A stretch of 64,000 bases of DNA from Octopus vulgaris (taxonomy: Eukaryota): NCBI GenBank assembly GCA_951406725.2, contig OX597815.1, positions 167,338,001 to 167,402,000 on the forward strand, written 5' to 3'. Numbering within the stretch: position 1 is the first letter of the stretch; the number at the start of each line of letters is the position of its first letter. Shown here piece after piece: positions 28,547 to 41,029 of this stretch. The notes beneath the pieces were generated by a model that worked only from the letters and a program-made list of their open reading frames with translations, searched no databases and was not told the DNA's origin. The position numbers and the translations under genes were made by a program.

Positions 28547-30145
28547 TATCTTGAAGATGTGTCAAAACCAACTTGCACTCCCTCTAGCCAATCTGTGGCG
28601 GAACTCATTGGATGCTGGATATATACCAGAAGACCTTCTATCCCAGTCTGTTATCCCAGTTTCAAAAAAGGAAACAAATCGCTTGCCGTGAATTACCGTC
28701 CAATCTCACTCACCTCTCATATCATCAAGGTATTTGAGAGGGTGCTGAGATCGCGTATGACTCACTTCCTTGAGAGTCATAATATGCTGAACCCCAACCA
28801 GCATGGATTCCGTAATGGGAGAGATTGCCTGACGCAGCTACTGCATCATTTTGATGACATTTTGAGAGCCTTGGGAGAGGGTTCCAACACTGATGTCATC
28901 TACCTTGATTTCAGCAAGGCCTTTGACAGGGTTGATCATAAGATCCTTCTGAGAAAGCTGTCCAATATTGGTGTCACTGGAAAGCTGCTGCAATGGATCA
29001 AGTGCTTCCTCTCTAACAGAACCCAACATGTTGTAGTCGAAGGAGTCAAATCCAGCCCAGCCAAAGTCAGCAGTGGTGTCCCACAAGGCACTGTGTTGGG
29101 CCCACTTCTCTTCATCATCTACATAAATGATATTACTGACACCATCAAACACAGCAACATCAGAACCTTCGCTGATGATTCCAAGCTCCAGAAGGTCATC
29201 AATGGCGTGGATGACCGAATAAACCTTCAGTCAGACCTACTAGCTGTTGTCCAATGGGCGGAAAAGAATAACATGTTGCTAAATGAAGACAAATTCGAAC
29301 TGATCCACTTTGGAAGGGAGGACGCTCTGAAACTCCCATACTCTCTTCCTTCTGGAGAAATTCTCATGGCATCCAACAACATCAGAGACCTGGGAGTAAC
29401 AGTGGACAACAACATAAGCTGGGCTACACATATAAGCAGCAAAGTTGACATGGCCCGCAGAATGTGTTCCTGGATTCTCAGAACCTTCCAGTCGAGAGAT
29501 TCCCACGCTATTATCCTTCTCTTCTCCACTTTTGCCCGACCCCACCTTGAATACTGCTGTCCACTGTGGTCTCCCTACACAAAACAAAATATTATGAGAA
29601 TTGAAGCTCCCCAAAGGTCAATCACAAAAAAGATAGATGGCATGTCAGACCTTGACTACTGGGGTAGACTAGAGAAGCTGAAATTGTATTCACTCCAACG
29701 ACGCCGTGAACGCTACATTATCTGTATGATGTGGAAAATATTCCATCAGCACTGTCCGAATGATGTTGGCATCACCTTCAAAATGCATCCAAGACTTGGA
29801 CCACGTGCCATCCGTCCACAACAAAAATCTAAATCGCATCACATAACGACAATACGGCACAACTATTTCACCTCAATTGGACCCGCTCTCTTCAACATTA
29901 CACCAGGACACGTCAAAAAAGAAACTGACCACACAAAATTCAAGAAGTCTTTGGACAAATTCCTTCAAACAGTACCGGACAAACCATCCACACCCGGATA
30001 TGTCTCCGCAAACAATAACTCTCTGCTCGAATGGGCCTTGGTGCCCAAATCCTGAACTGAAAGACTTCGCCAGGTGGTGCTATTAAGTTAGACATGGCCT
30101 GGGCCAATACTGGCCAAAAACCTTTCTAAGTTATTCTAAGTTATA
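28547..30145 (+). mobile_element. 5'-truncated CR1/L2-group LINE (RT and C-terminal region, 3' UTR, short tandem tail) inserted in TA-rich microsatellite
   Basis: Translation has NYRPISLTS, QHGFR, YLDFSKAFDRVDH, SGVPQGTVLGPLLF, FADDSKL, RDLGV, RPHLEYC, LYSLQRRRER. The 3' end has a TCTAAGTTA tandem tail. Confidence 0.93.
28548..30055 (+). pseudogene. LINE ORF2 reverse transcriptase fragment, lacking the endonuclease, with one frameshift near 28660
   Basis: The frame of ORF 28317 gives [30 protein letters not shown], which continues as [16 protein letters not shown] in the frame of ORF 28472 and stays open to the stop at 30053-30055. Confidence 0.85.
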
Positions 30146-30236
30146 CTTATATGTACATATATACACTAATATGTGTGTATGTGTGTGTGTGTATGTGTGT
30201 GTGTGTGTGTGTGCGTGTGTGTGTGTGTGTGTATAC

Positions 30237-30490
30237 GGTGAAATCGCATAGCCTAGTGGTGATTAGTCGAGTCGCACTCACGATCGTGGTTTCGATTCCC
30301 AGACTGGTTGCTCGTTGTGCTCTTGAGAAAACCAATTCATTTGACGTTACTCCAGTCCGCTCAGCTGAAAATAGGTACCTCTGCGACGAACTAGCCCTCC
30401 GATCAGTGACAATATTCACCGGTTCACCTACACAGCGGGGAGGCACCATTCAAGGACTAAACCAATGCATTGTAACCAGCGATGTATAAA
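30237..30490 (+). mobile_element. Diverged tRNA/CORE-like SINE (family D relative)
   Basis: TAGCCTAGTGG...GTTTCGATTCCC...CTCTTGAG...ACTCCAGTCCGCTCAGCTG. Confidence 0.6.
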
Positions 30491-30574
30491 AACGTCCGAT
30501 ATTCTGGTCGAGCACGTGTTTATAGATATAGATATAGATATATAAACAGAGATAGAGAGATATAGAGAAAGATG

Positions 30575-31940
30575 CCATGTTGAGTCAAAAGTTACTACGG
30601 TTTTGTATTGATGCTCTGTGGCAACTGATCATCAATTGTATAATTAATTTGTGTTGTACAATTAATTTGATACAACTTATCGTCCAATCGTTGCTAAGTT
30701 GTTAAATTTTTTCCATATATTACATATGAACATTACATTTTTATTCTTTATTTAACAGCTTTGATAATGAGTGAAGGAAAATTGAATTTAGAACCATTTA
30801 CACAACCTGTAGAAAAACGATTGAGTACAAGAGCAGCAGCGAAAGAAATTTATGTGAAAGGCCTTGCTTGAAATTGTTAAACAAGAGCCAAGCACAAGCA
30901 CTCGTTCACTAGCAGCAGGGCTTTGTCCTTCATAAAGCACCATCATTCGACACCTCCATAAACTCGGCATTGTGAAGCTCCTCATGAAATTACCAATGAC
31001 CAAGCGCACCGATCTGTGAATATTTGCAAGAAACCGCTTGCAAATCCTCTAGATGGATCTAATTTCGTAATCCTGGTAAGTGAAGTCAATGGTTGGTTCT
31101 GACCAAGCATCAGAACTTCTTGTGAAACAATAGTGGTTTGAAGGTGCGGCGAGCTGGCAGAAACGTTAGCACGCCGGGCGAAATACTTAGCGGTATTTCG
31201 TCTGCCGCTACGTTCTGAGTTCAAATTCCGCCGAGGTCAACTTTGCCTTTCATCTTTTCGGGTTCGATTAAATAAGCAACAGTTACGCACTAGGGTCGAT
31301 ATAATCGACTTAATCCGTTTGCCTGTCCTTGTTTGTGCTCTCTGTGTTTACCCCCTTGTGGGTAGTAAAGAAATAGGTTTGAAGGTGGTGTTGTATTTCG
31401 AGGGTGTGTTGGGCGTTGAACTTGTACCAGCTGGCCGTGCTGTGAATGCTAACCTTTATGTCCAAAAAAATTCAGTGAGTATATGATGCTTTGAAAGCTA
31501 GCAACCCGAAGTCAGTCAATCGAAGAAGCGCACTTCTAAAGCATGACAGTGCCCTAGTACACATTACCAACGTGACAAAACGCAAACTTGAGGAACTTGG
31601 GGATGGGCCGGAAGTGTTATCTCACCCTACCTACAGTTCAAGTTTTGCACCATCAGATTATAACATCAGATTTCCAAGCCATGACACATTTCCTGCGCCG
31701 TCAGAGGTACAACAATAAGGATTAGTTTGCAAACGTGTCCAAATAGTATTTTGCCTTAAAATCAATCAAATGTAATAAGCATGGAATTTGGCTTCAGATA
31801 AAACGATGACAACACACAGTAGATACATATTGGAATATATATTGATGAATAAACACTTTTCGCATATAATTTCTTCAAGCTATAGATTAAAACTAGAAAT
31901 ACTTGAAATACGCAAAACTGTTGACACAAAAGAACCTGGT
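30575..31940 (+). mobile_element. Decayed mariner element interrupted by a SINE-B
   Basis: Fragments IVKQEPSTSTRSLAAGL...STIIRHLHKLG and LLKHDSALVH...EVLSHPTYSSSFAPSDY (HPPYSPDLAPSDY motif). Boundaries are approximate. Confidence 0.65.
31147..31375 (+). mobile_element. SINE family B inserted in a mariner, with a 12-bp TSD
   Basis: GGTTTGAAGGTG at 31135-31146 and 31376-31387. Confidence 0.9.
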
Positions 31941-32099
31941 GCACACACACACACACATATATACATACATACACACATACACACATATACATATATACAC
32001 ACATATACATACATACATGCATGCATGCATACATACATACATAGACAGGCAGTCAAGCAGATAAGTTTCTTTATTGGCCACACAGGGCTGCACACAAGC

Positions 32100-32170
<71 letters not shown>

Positions 32171-32178
32171 CAGACAGA

Positions 32179-32343
32179 TAGGTGCAGACATAGCTGTGTG
32201 CGAACAAGCTTGTTTCTCAACCACATGCTTCCGGATGCTCAGTCCCACAGCGTAGGATCTTGGACAGGTGTCTTCTACCATAACCTCGAGCCGAATAAAG
32301 TCTTGTGAGTCGATTTGGTAGACGAAACGGAAAAAATCCCGTC
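32179..32343 (+). mobile_element. SINE family A, 5' half
   Basis: Homologous to the head of 45896-46308. Confidence 0.7.
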
Positions 32344-32348
32344 ATATA

Positions 32349-32391
<43 letters not shown>

Positions 32392-32547
32392 ATTACAGTG
32401 AGCGTAAACAAACAAACAAAGTTTGCTTTAGAACCGTTGAGACGTCTTAGAAAGTTAAAGAAGTCATTTTAAATTCTCAAACGCAGGATAATGCTAATAA
32501 TATAGCCTAAACAGGATAAGCTACCCCTAGTTTGCAGAAAAAAGTGT

Positions 32548-32627
32548 TGGCGGCCGGTTATGAGACTCGAACTCACACCTCCATGATTACGCGTCGCGGT
32601 GCTCTAAACCTTTAAGCTAAACTACCC
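32548..32627 (-). pseudogene. tRNA-like sequence (Thr-CGT-like loop), pseudogene or SINE head
   Basis: Minus strand GGGTAGTTTAGCTTAAAGGTTTAGAGCACCGCGACGCGTAATCATGGAGGTGTGAGTTCGAGTCTCATAACCGGCCGCCA. D and T arms are recognisable; acceptor and anticodon stems are mismatched. Confidence 0.55.
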
Positions 32628-32944
32628 ACACCACATAGCGTAATTTGAATTTATCGTATGATAACGTCTCATAAAGAGAGATTTTTATATATCTTAAATT
32701 TGCAGAAGAATATTAAAACGGCAGGCTGGTAGAATCATCACTAAGTCGGACATTATACTTAAGGACATTTCTTCCGGCGTTTTAGGTTCTTATTTCAAAT
32801 TCCACGAATGTCCACTTAACTCTTCACACTTTTGCTGTCGACAGAATAAGTACCGGTTGAATGTAAATTGACTCTCCTTATATCGACTCCATTTATATCG
32901 ATAGCCTTGTGTCAAATTTGAAACTAATATATGTATGCATATAC

Positions 32945-33460
32945 ATTTTCTTCTACCCTAGACACAAGGCCCGAAAACTTTGGGGAGAGGGGGCAGTCGA
33001 TTATATCGACCCCAATGCGTAACTGGTACTTACTTAATCGAGCCCGAAAGGATGAGAGGCGAAGTTGACCATGGCGGAATTTGAACTCAGAACGTAGCGG
33101 CAGACGAACTGCCGCTAAGCACACACACACGGTTTTCTATATTTTCGTTGTTAATCTACGTATTCGATAAAATAAGTACCTGTCATGTTTGGAGGCCGAT
33201 GTAATCGATTTCCTCCTACCCTCAAAATCTGTTGGCTTTCTGCCAAAATTTGAGACCACAACTGGCAGAATCGTTAGCATGCCGGGCAAAATGCTTAGCG
33301 GCATTTTGTCAGTCTTTGCGATCTTTGTTCACATCTCTCCGAGGTCGACTTTGTCTTTCATCCTCTCTGGAATCGATAAAATAAAATACCAGTTGAACAC
33401 TGGGGTTGATGTAATAGACTCTTCCCTAACACCAACAACATTTCAGGCCTTGTGCCTAAA
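32945..33460. mobile_element. SINE-B copies (32945-33120 minus; about 33165-33460 plus)
   Basis: Homologous to family B core and tail. Confidence 0.75.
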
Positions 33461-33578
33461 TACTGTCGCGTTTTGCTTTGTGTTCGGCCCTTGTGGCCAA
33501 TAAAGGAAAGGTAGTAGTAGTAGTAGTAGTATTAGTAGTAGTAGTCGTAGTAGTATCATTGTCGGCGGTGTCGTCGTC

Positions 33579-33624
<46 letters not shown>

Positions 33625-34299
33625 CCATCATTTATTTGTTTATTTTCGCATCTGGGTGTCTATCAATCTCAGTAGATTGCCACTTATGAAAGCTCAGTAG
33701 CTGTTGAAAGCTATAGATGGTGATGAGGTCGCTGCTACCGCTGTCATGGATGATGATGATGATGATGATGAAAAAGTTGAGAAGGAAATAAATAATGTAG
33801 GAAAAGCAGAGCAACAACAGCAACAACAACCACAAATTGTAGATACAAAGAGTAGGTACATTGTTGTTACCGAATCGTTGATAGCAAACTAGTCACGCGA
33901 CATGTGGCCAATTAAAGGGGTTATCCTTAAGAGTTGAAATATCTCGGCGCATCTTTGAATTTATGCCTTCACACATTAGCTACTAATCTCTCTATAGGTC
34001 TCCATCCTGAGACCTTTTCATCTACCACCACCACCACACACACACCCACACACACTTTTATGGAATGTCCATCTAATAAATCTAGAATTTGTATTCACAA
34101 TTGTCTTGGCATAGGTTTTACAGTAGATATTAGCCATTTCCTCCTACCCTTTTCTTATTCTACCGTTCCTTCATCATCCCTTTCTTTTCTTTTTCTACAT
34201 CCTCTCATCTTCCTACTTAACCATATCATCATCATCGTCCTCGTCATCACTATCTTCATCATCATCATCATCACCACCATCGTCTTCCGCTTCTTCGTA

Positions 34300-34363
<64 letters not shown>

Positions 34364-35029
34364 GTTGTTATTATTTGATGCCACCTTCATGCTTATGACA
34401 AGTCTCTATAAAAGAAGCTTTATTCAATAATAGTTTAATTCATAAGATAACATCCTCAAACTTGATATTATATATCAAAGTTTTATTTATATTTTCCTAA
34501 GAACGAAAATTAATGAGAATTTTAACAACCCGCTACTTTCTATATATTCTTAAAGGTCTTTCTTTTTTTTATTATTATTTTTTTTTTTTTGGTAAATATC
34601 TATTTTGCAGACTGTTTTCTCATTTTGTATACAAGACTGGATTTATGAAGTGTTATTAAGTTTAAACGTAACAGGTGGTAGAGGTGTGTGTAATAAAATT
34701 CATTTTCATTTTAATGATTTTCATTTTCGCTATGTTATTTAAAAATACTTCAGAGATAGCATTTCATCTATCTATTCATTGTATTTTTCTACGCCATCTA
34801 ACGTATAATCTCGATTATTTACTAAATACCATCGTTACTACATTGCCTCGTTGATGAGACCCGAATAACCCATTTCTTATCTGCAGTTGTCTCTTGTACA
34901 TACAATAAAATACAGAAATTATTGATCACTAACAAATACTGATTTTTCTCCTCATTGCATCTACATCTGGCTAGATATTTTTGCGCGGAACCAAAAGACA
35001 AAAATATGCTCTGACCTCTAATATAGTAA

Positions 35030-35260
35030 GTAAAATAGAGGAGAAAGAGAATATTTATGGACCATTGATAAGGGGTTTGCGAATCCAGTACCTAGATATA
35101 CGTTCAGTTTCGTACCTATTATTATTAGAGCAACTGGATATGTAACAATCCAGCTGGAGCAAAGTGTGGTTGAACTTGGGTTCTTGGGGAACGAATGTTT
35201 CTCCGTAATTGATGCACTAAAATTTATCAAGAAATCTTGGACAATAAAAAGGTGAAAGAC
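35030..35260 (+). mobile_element. Possible C-terminal (REL endonuclease) fragment of an R2/R4-group LINE
   Basis: KIEEKENIYGPLIRGL and VPIIIRATGYV resemble the K..KY..L / VPIVIGALG motifs; frameshifted. Confidence 0.4.
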
Positions 35261-35434
35261 CTTAAAGTTTTAAAGAATAATGAATAAAACAACATGATTT
35301 CCTTCTCAGTATTGCAATCAAGCTGGTTGCCAGTTAGTCAAGATTAACTCTAAATTAAAAATAGAAAAAGAAAACATACATATATACATAAAAATATAAA
35401 TACATACATATTTACATTATGCATACACATACAT

Positions 35435-35690
35435 ATCTATTATATATAATCCGTTATGTCTGTGCGTGTCACTTCTAGGATCTCAGGCTTCCTCCACCCG
35501 ATTGCACTCAAATTTGATATGTAGAAACTGACGATATCATGGCGTGTACAAGTCTTGAAAAATTACAAAAATCGATTCCAGGTGAGAATGCAATCGATAA
35601 AGCCGTGGGAACGTGCATTTGTATGCCCAAGTAAATCAGTAGAAATCCGTCTTTTGCTGGTGTCTCAAATTTAGGCTAAATCAGTGTTTC
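35435..35690 (+). mobile_element. Possible non-autonomous Helitron/DINE-1-like 5' segment
   Basis: Pattern TCTATTATATATAA...GTCTGTGCGTGTC...CCGATT...CAAATTTG as seen in such elements; no 3' end identified. Confidence 0.3.
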
Positions 35691-35828
35691 TCAAAAGGGA
35701 GGCCTATGGGACGGTCGGATAAGTTGTTTTGAGAAAATTTGGTTTAAATGTTTGACAATTAAGCACCGTCCATTGGACGGGTGCGTTTTGCTCGTGTGCA
35801 TATTATATATATATATATATATATAGAA

Positions 35829-35859
<31 letters not shown>

Positions 35860-35862
35860 CAG

Positions 35863-35912
<50 letters not shown>

Positions 35913-35913
35913 G

Positions 35914-35955
<42 letters not shown>

Positions 35956-36159
35956 TTCGTACATTTACATGCATACATACGCATGTAAAACAAAACAAGC
36001 ACACATGCTCATGCACTGAGAATATTTGTATATATTGCACCTATACACCCATATATGCGCAACAACTTACCTGAAGGATCCTTGGGTCAAGGTTAGAAAC
36101 AGGTTTATTTCTCTATAGGCAAGAAATCTAGAAATAAAATTATATAATGCCAACATACG

Positions 36160-36700
36160 CACGAGGGTGGACTTAGAAGTTCATAGGCTGACTGTGAAGG
36201 CGTGACGCTAGAGGTGGGAAATCTTGCATACATTAATTTCAACTCCCGTTAATAATAATAATTTGTTTCCTTCCAGGTCAACTGACATCCGACTCTTCAA
36301 AGAAAACTTCAATAGTAATTAGTAGCGATTTTGTAGAAAATCGACAAAATTTGGTATCGTGGTGTTCTCAAGTACCTGCAGAAAAATAATTTAGCTCCCA
36401 ACGACATTTATGCTGACATGATTGGTGCAGCAGATGACGCTCCAGCTTTATCAGTAGCGCAAAAGTGAGCAGCTGAATTTAGATGAAAGGAGTTTCTTGA
36501 AGATGATCCAAGGTCTGGACGTCTTACAATTGCCTCCACCGAGGAAAACATTGATCGTGTTCGCTACATGCCGATGGACGACAGGTGAATGATTATAAAT
36601 CAAATAGCCAAAGGTTATTAGTATATCCCATGAGGAAGTTGAGAATATTCTATACAAGGAACTTCGCAAAATGCCAGCAATATCCGTGCATGAGGTTATT
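36160..36700 (+). mobile_element. 5' part of a decayed mariner element
   Basis: Terminus CACGAGGGTGG...AAGTT; codes IWYRGVLKYL...LEDDPRSGR...EENIDRVR with stops. Confidence 0.65.
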
Positions 36701-36979
36701 GCACAAGCTGTCGGCTTCACCCGGGCTCGCGTTCGTAGCTTGCACGCTGGCCGCGAGACACTCTTACTGGGATCGAATAGAAGACTGTCGCCTCGCCAGC
36801 TATTGCACAACCAAAAATGATATTTCTAATAACGCTTGCACAGCCCCTCACAGACCCATCAGCATCCTCCAGATATGATCAAGAGATAAACCAAGACGAG
36901 ATATCCAGTGCCAGTATGTATCGCAAGTTCAGGAGTGTGGGGTCACCATGCGATAGCAAAATTTCCCCCCAAATATTCA

Positions 36980-37390
36980 AAACCGGGCAAAATGCTTAGT
37001 GGCATTTCGGTCATCCTTACGTTCTGAGTTCAAATCCCACCGAGGTCGACTTTGCTTTTTATCCTTTCGGGGTCGATGAAATCAATGGAATAAGTACCAG
37101 TTACCCCCAATATTTCAGGCCTTGTGTGCCTAAGGTAGAAAGAATTATTAATTCTAAAGTAGCGAGCTGGCAGAATAGTTAGCGTGCCGTCTAAGATGCT
37201 TCGCGATATTTCGTTCGTAGACTTTACCTTTCATTTTGTAGGGGTCGATGAAATAAGTACAGTTGGATACTGGGTTCGATGTAATCGACTATTCTTAGTT
37301 AAAAATCCACTATGGTCGACTTCGCCTTTTATCCTTTCGACTACTTTCTCCCCCGAAATTTCGAACTTTGTGTCTATAGTAGAAAAGGTT
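36980..37390 (+). mobile_element. Tandem SINE-B copies
   Basis: Family B head, core and tail, repeated. Confidence 0.75.
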
Positions 37391-38526
37391 GTTATTAACT
37401 TTTTTGTGTTGTTGCTCAACGAGGAGTGGGCTTTACTGACCATTGCTATCGTGCTGAACATTATAATATATCAGTTATATTTTAGAGACTTTTCACATCC
37501 TACAGAAAAAATAAACCACTCAACAACATTGATTTCATTGGCAGAGAAACATGACAAATAAGTAAGGACCTGCCAAAAGCAAAGGTTTCTGGCGCGGCGT
37601 GGTGAAACGCATCTTCCTTGCAACCGCAAAAGAATGTACTTAACTTTTAATTTGCTGTATCATTCCATGAAATTATTTCAATTATAACATTACCACAACT
37701 AAGGATATTTCACATTTGACAACATTACATTAGAAATATTGGCTCTGATTTTCAGGAACGGAAAATATTTCATGTGTGAAGCATCCGTGATCATTATATA
37801 GGTGCAATCTTGCACACGTTAATGTATTTTCCTTATGTGAACAGTATACAAAGATATCTGACAGATTGGCAAGCCCTCACACAGCAACACAAAACAAGTA
37901 TTTATCACCTAGGACTTCTATCACTGATTGCTCATCTCAACTCGTTCATCGTATAACTTCCTCCCCGTAAATTCACTTCTTTTTATAACCACTCCTTCTT
38001 TCACTTGAACTACGATTCATCTCCTAGATACCATATTTACCGATCCTTGTTGCTCTGTTCTTGTTTAGGATTGCCGAAAAAAGCTGTACCTCTCATTATT
38101 TGAAGGAAAAAATGCGGAAAAGAAGTAGCATCTTTTTTGTAACTATCAAATAAATTTGGTGACTACACACCCTTGCATCTGTCTTTTAATTTCTTTACAT
38201 CCAGTTTTTTTTATCTCTTACAAATATCTAGTGATGAGTTCCATAACATGAATTAAATTTACAATGGTTAACTAATTTTTTTTCTCTGTTTCATTTCCTT
38301 CAAAAATTATATTCATATATGCCATGAATGTCGTAAAAGTTTTATAAAAATATTACTTTTCTATAAATCAAAGAACTAATTCTAATGTAGAAAACAAAAA
38401 TGAATAGCAACAATTCTAGCTAGAAATTTTACTTTTAATTTTGCAGTAACGAAATCATTTGTATCTTTCCGAGTTATCCAAATAACGTTTAATAAACACA
38501 CCATGTACATATAAACTCACTCTCAC

Positions 38527-38606
<80 letters not shown>

Positions 38607-38658
38607 GCATACATATATACATACATGTATATATATATATATGCATGCATACATATAT

Positions 38659-38702
<44 letters not shown>

Positions 38703-38710
<8 letters not shown>

Positions 38711-39001
38711 AAAGGGCTTAGTAAAATAAATTACTTCGCCGCATACTGAACTCATTAGAAATAGCAGCTAAAAAACTTTTTTTAAAGCTATTTCTAATAC
38801 TTAAAGAAAATCTCTCTCATATATAGCGTTTGCTTAATTTAACTCACAAAACTTTTGTGAGTTAAATTAAGCAAACGCTATATATGAGAGAGATTTTCTT
38901 TAAGTATTAGAAATAGCTTTAAAAAAAGTTTTTTAGCTGCTATTTCTAATGAGTTCAGTATGCGGCGAAGTAATTTATTTTACTAAGCCCTTTTATATAA
39001 T
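38703..39001. repeat. Perfect 299-bp palindrome (149-bp arms, 1-nt centre at 38852)
   Basis: Arms read as exact reverse complements by eye, including the A6-C-T7 / A7-G-T6 runs. Confidence 0.92.
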
Positions 39002-39094
39002 GTAATAATTTGAATTCGCCTTAAATGGTCCCTTTGCATACTGAACACTTGGTGAAATTGATTAATAATTAATTAATTTTACCCTCAATTGTTG

Positions 39095-39136
<42 letters not shown>

Positions 39137-39222
39137 TAATCCAAATATGAAAACACAACAACGCGAGGACGTGGAAAAAGTATAGTATTATTGGACGCTC
39201 AGGAAAGAAGGAAAGAAGGAGG

Positions 39223-39257
39223 GTTGAACGTTTCGAGCGGAGCTCTTCGTCAGAAAC
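39223..39257 (-). ncRNA. Minimal type I hammerhead motif in an about 200-bp repeat (39135-39327)
   Basis: GUUU-CUGACGA-A-GAGC-UCC-GCUC-GAAA-CG-UU-CAAC; a second family copy lies at 51443-51477. Confidence 0.65.
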
Positions 39258-40308
39258 ATAAGAAAAGGAAAGATCCAAGGAAGGGAAGACGGGGGGAAAA
39301 ATCGCCAACGGTACACACGCGGTCACAATGCATACATATATACATACATGTGTATATATACACACATACACATATGTTTATATATATATATATATGTGAA
39401 TATGTGTATATATATTTGTGTGTGTATATATACATATATATTTGAGTGTATGTATAGACATATATGAGTGTATGTGCGTGAATATATATACATGTATGTA
39501 TGTCAGAAAGGGGTTGTGTGAGTGCATTTCCTTCCCTTATAAAACAATCCGCAATTGTTTATAGAGAACCTGCTTGTTAGTAACATTCTAGCTAGCAAAG
39601 GGCTCTCACTCGCTAGAATATTTCTACGGATGATAAATCGGCGGTAATTTTTCGTTAAGCAGGCAGGCCATTCAGAAAGCGCCACGAGCTGCATGCAGGC
39701 CTCAGGTTGATTTATTACTGTTTTAGGCGTCTAATAATTGAAATGTACTAAAATACGAAATTCATGAATAGTAGACTTAATAATTTTAGAGAGAATGATC
39801 TAGTGGATTACATCGAAACTAGTATTCAACTGACATTTATTTTATCGCACCTCAGAAGGATAAGACAAATTAGACCTCAGTAGAATTAAAATTCAGAATG
39901 TACACCGCCGGAAGAAATGACACTAAGCATTTCTTCCGTCGTTCTAATGATTCTGCTACTACAACACTTTAATGATAAAGGAGATAATAGTACAAAGCAA
40001 TAAATATGAGATATAAATTTGAAATACATAAGAATAAAGTCAAACGTTACGAAAGAATGTTCCCATTTCGTAAAAAATATTGTAAAGTTTATGTTGAGTA
40101 GGAGTCCAAGTTTCACCTAAAAGCTTAAATAAGTCGTTACGCGAAACTTGAGTTCCCAGTCAACGCAACTTTTACAATGAATTTTAATTTCTATTCAGCA
40201 TTGAGTAACTTCATGACTAAGTGTTCACTTGTTGTTCTTAAATAAACTTTAAAGTAATAATTCTAAGTTAATATGCATGTGTGTATGGATATATGTGCGT
40301 GCATATAT

Positions 40309-40371
<63 letters not shown>

Positions 40372-40444
40372 GCCCCTTTCTGGGGCTAAAAACTACAGTA
40401 GCAACCACCCTTAGGGGTTAGCCATATTCAAATGGCATATTTAC

Positions 40445-40475
<31 letters not shown>

Positions 40476-40874
40476 CTAATACATTTGTTTGTTTGTACTC
40501 CATTTGCCTTCGTCTTTTGTTTATTTTCGTAAACCTTCCCGTTATATGTATATATATATATGAAGACAGAAAATGGAGAAATATCGATGAACTACAAGTG
40601 ACTTACATCAATTATTATTTATTAATTCAAAACAAATAGACTGCATCCCATCTAACAGCTGTTTCTGCTTCCAATGTTATATGGTATTGCCATTGATATG
40701 CTAAAATGCTTATCATATTTGGTAATAAAACTGATCTGAAACATGGAGCTTTCGGAGAGTGAAGAATAAAGAAGGGCAGAGAGAAGAAAAAGGGTAAAAG
40801 CTGAAACTGGTTGTAATCATAAAATTTTGCTTGCGTATCTCATTGGGACGTTAAGTAAATAACTAATATATATG

Positions 40875-40922
<48 letters not shown>

Positions 40923-41029
40923 TATACCTATATGTATGTATATATATATATATTTATTGCATGTCCTTTGGCAAAAGCTGAACACTGATGCGTCGTCTTC
41001 GATTTGAGAGTCCATCATACACACACATA

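Noticed and set aside
28472-28660. N-terminal part of the 527-aa ORF as a real start
   Set aside because: It begins inside a TA microsatellite and is out of the RT frame until the frameshift near 28660; the LINE is 5'-truncated.
33704-33892. Acidic/poly-Q ORF (DDDDDDD...QQQQQ)
   Set aside because: Explained by (GAT)n/(CAA)n low-complexity sequence; no domain or splice support.
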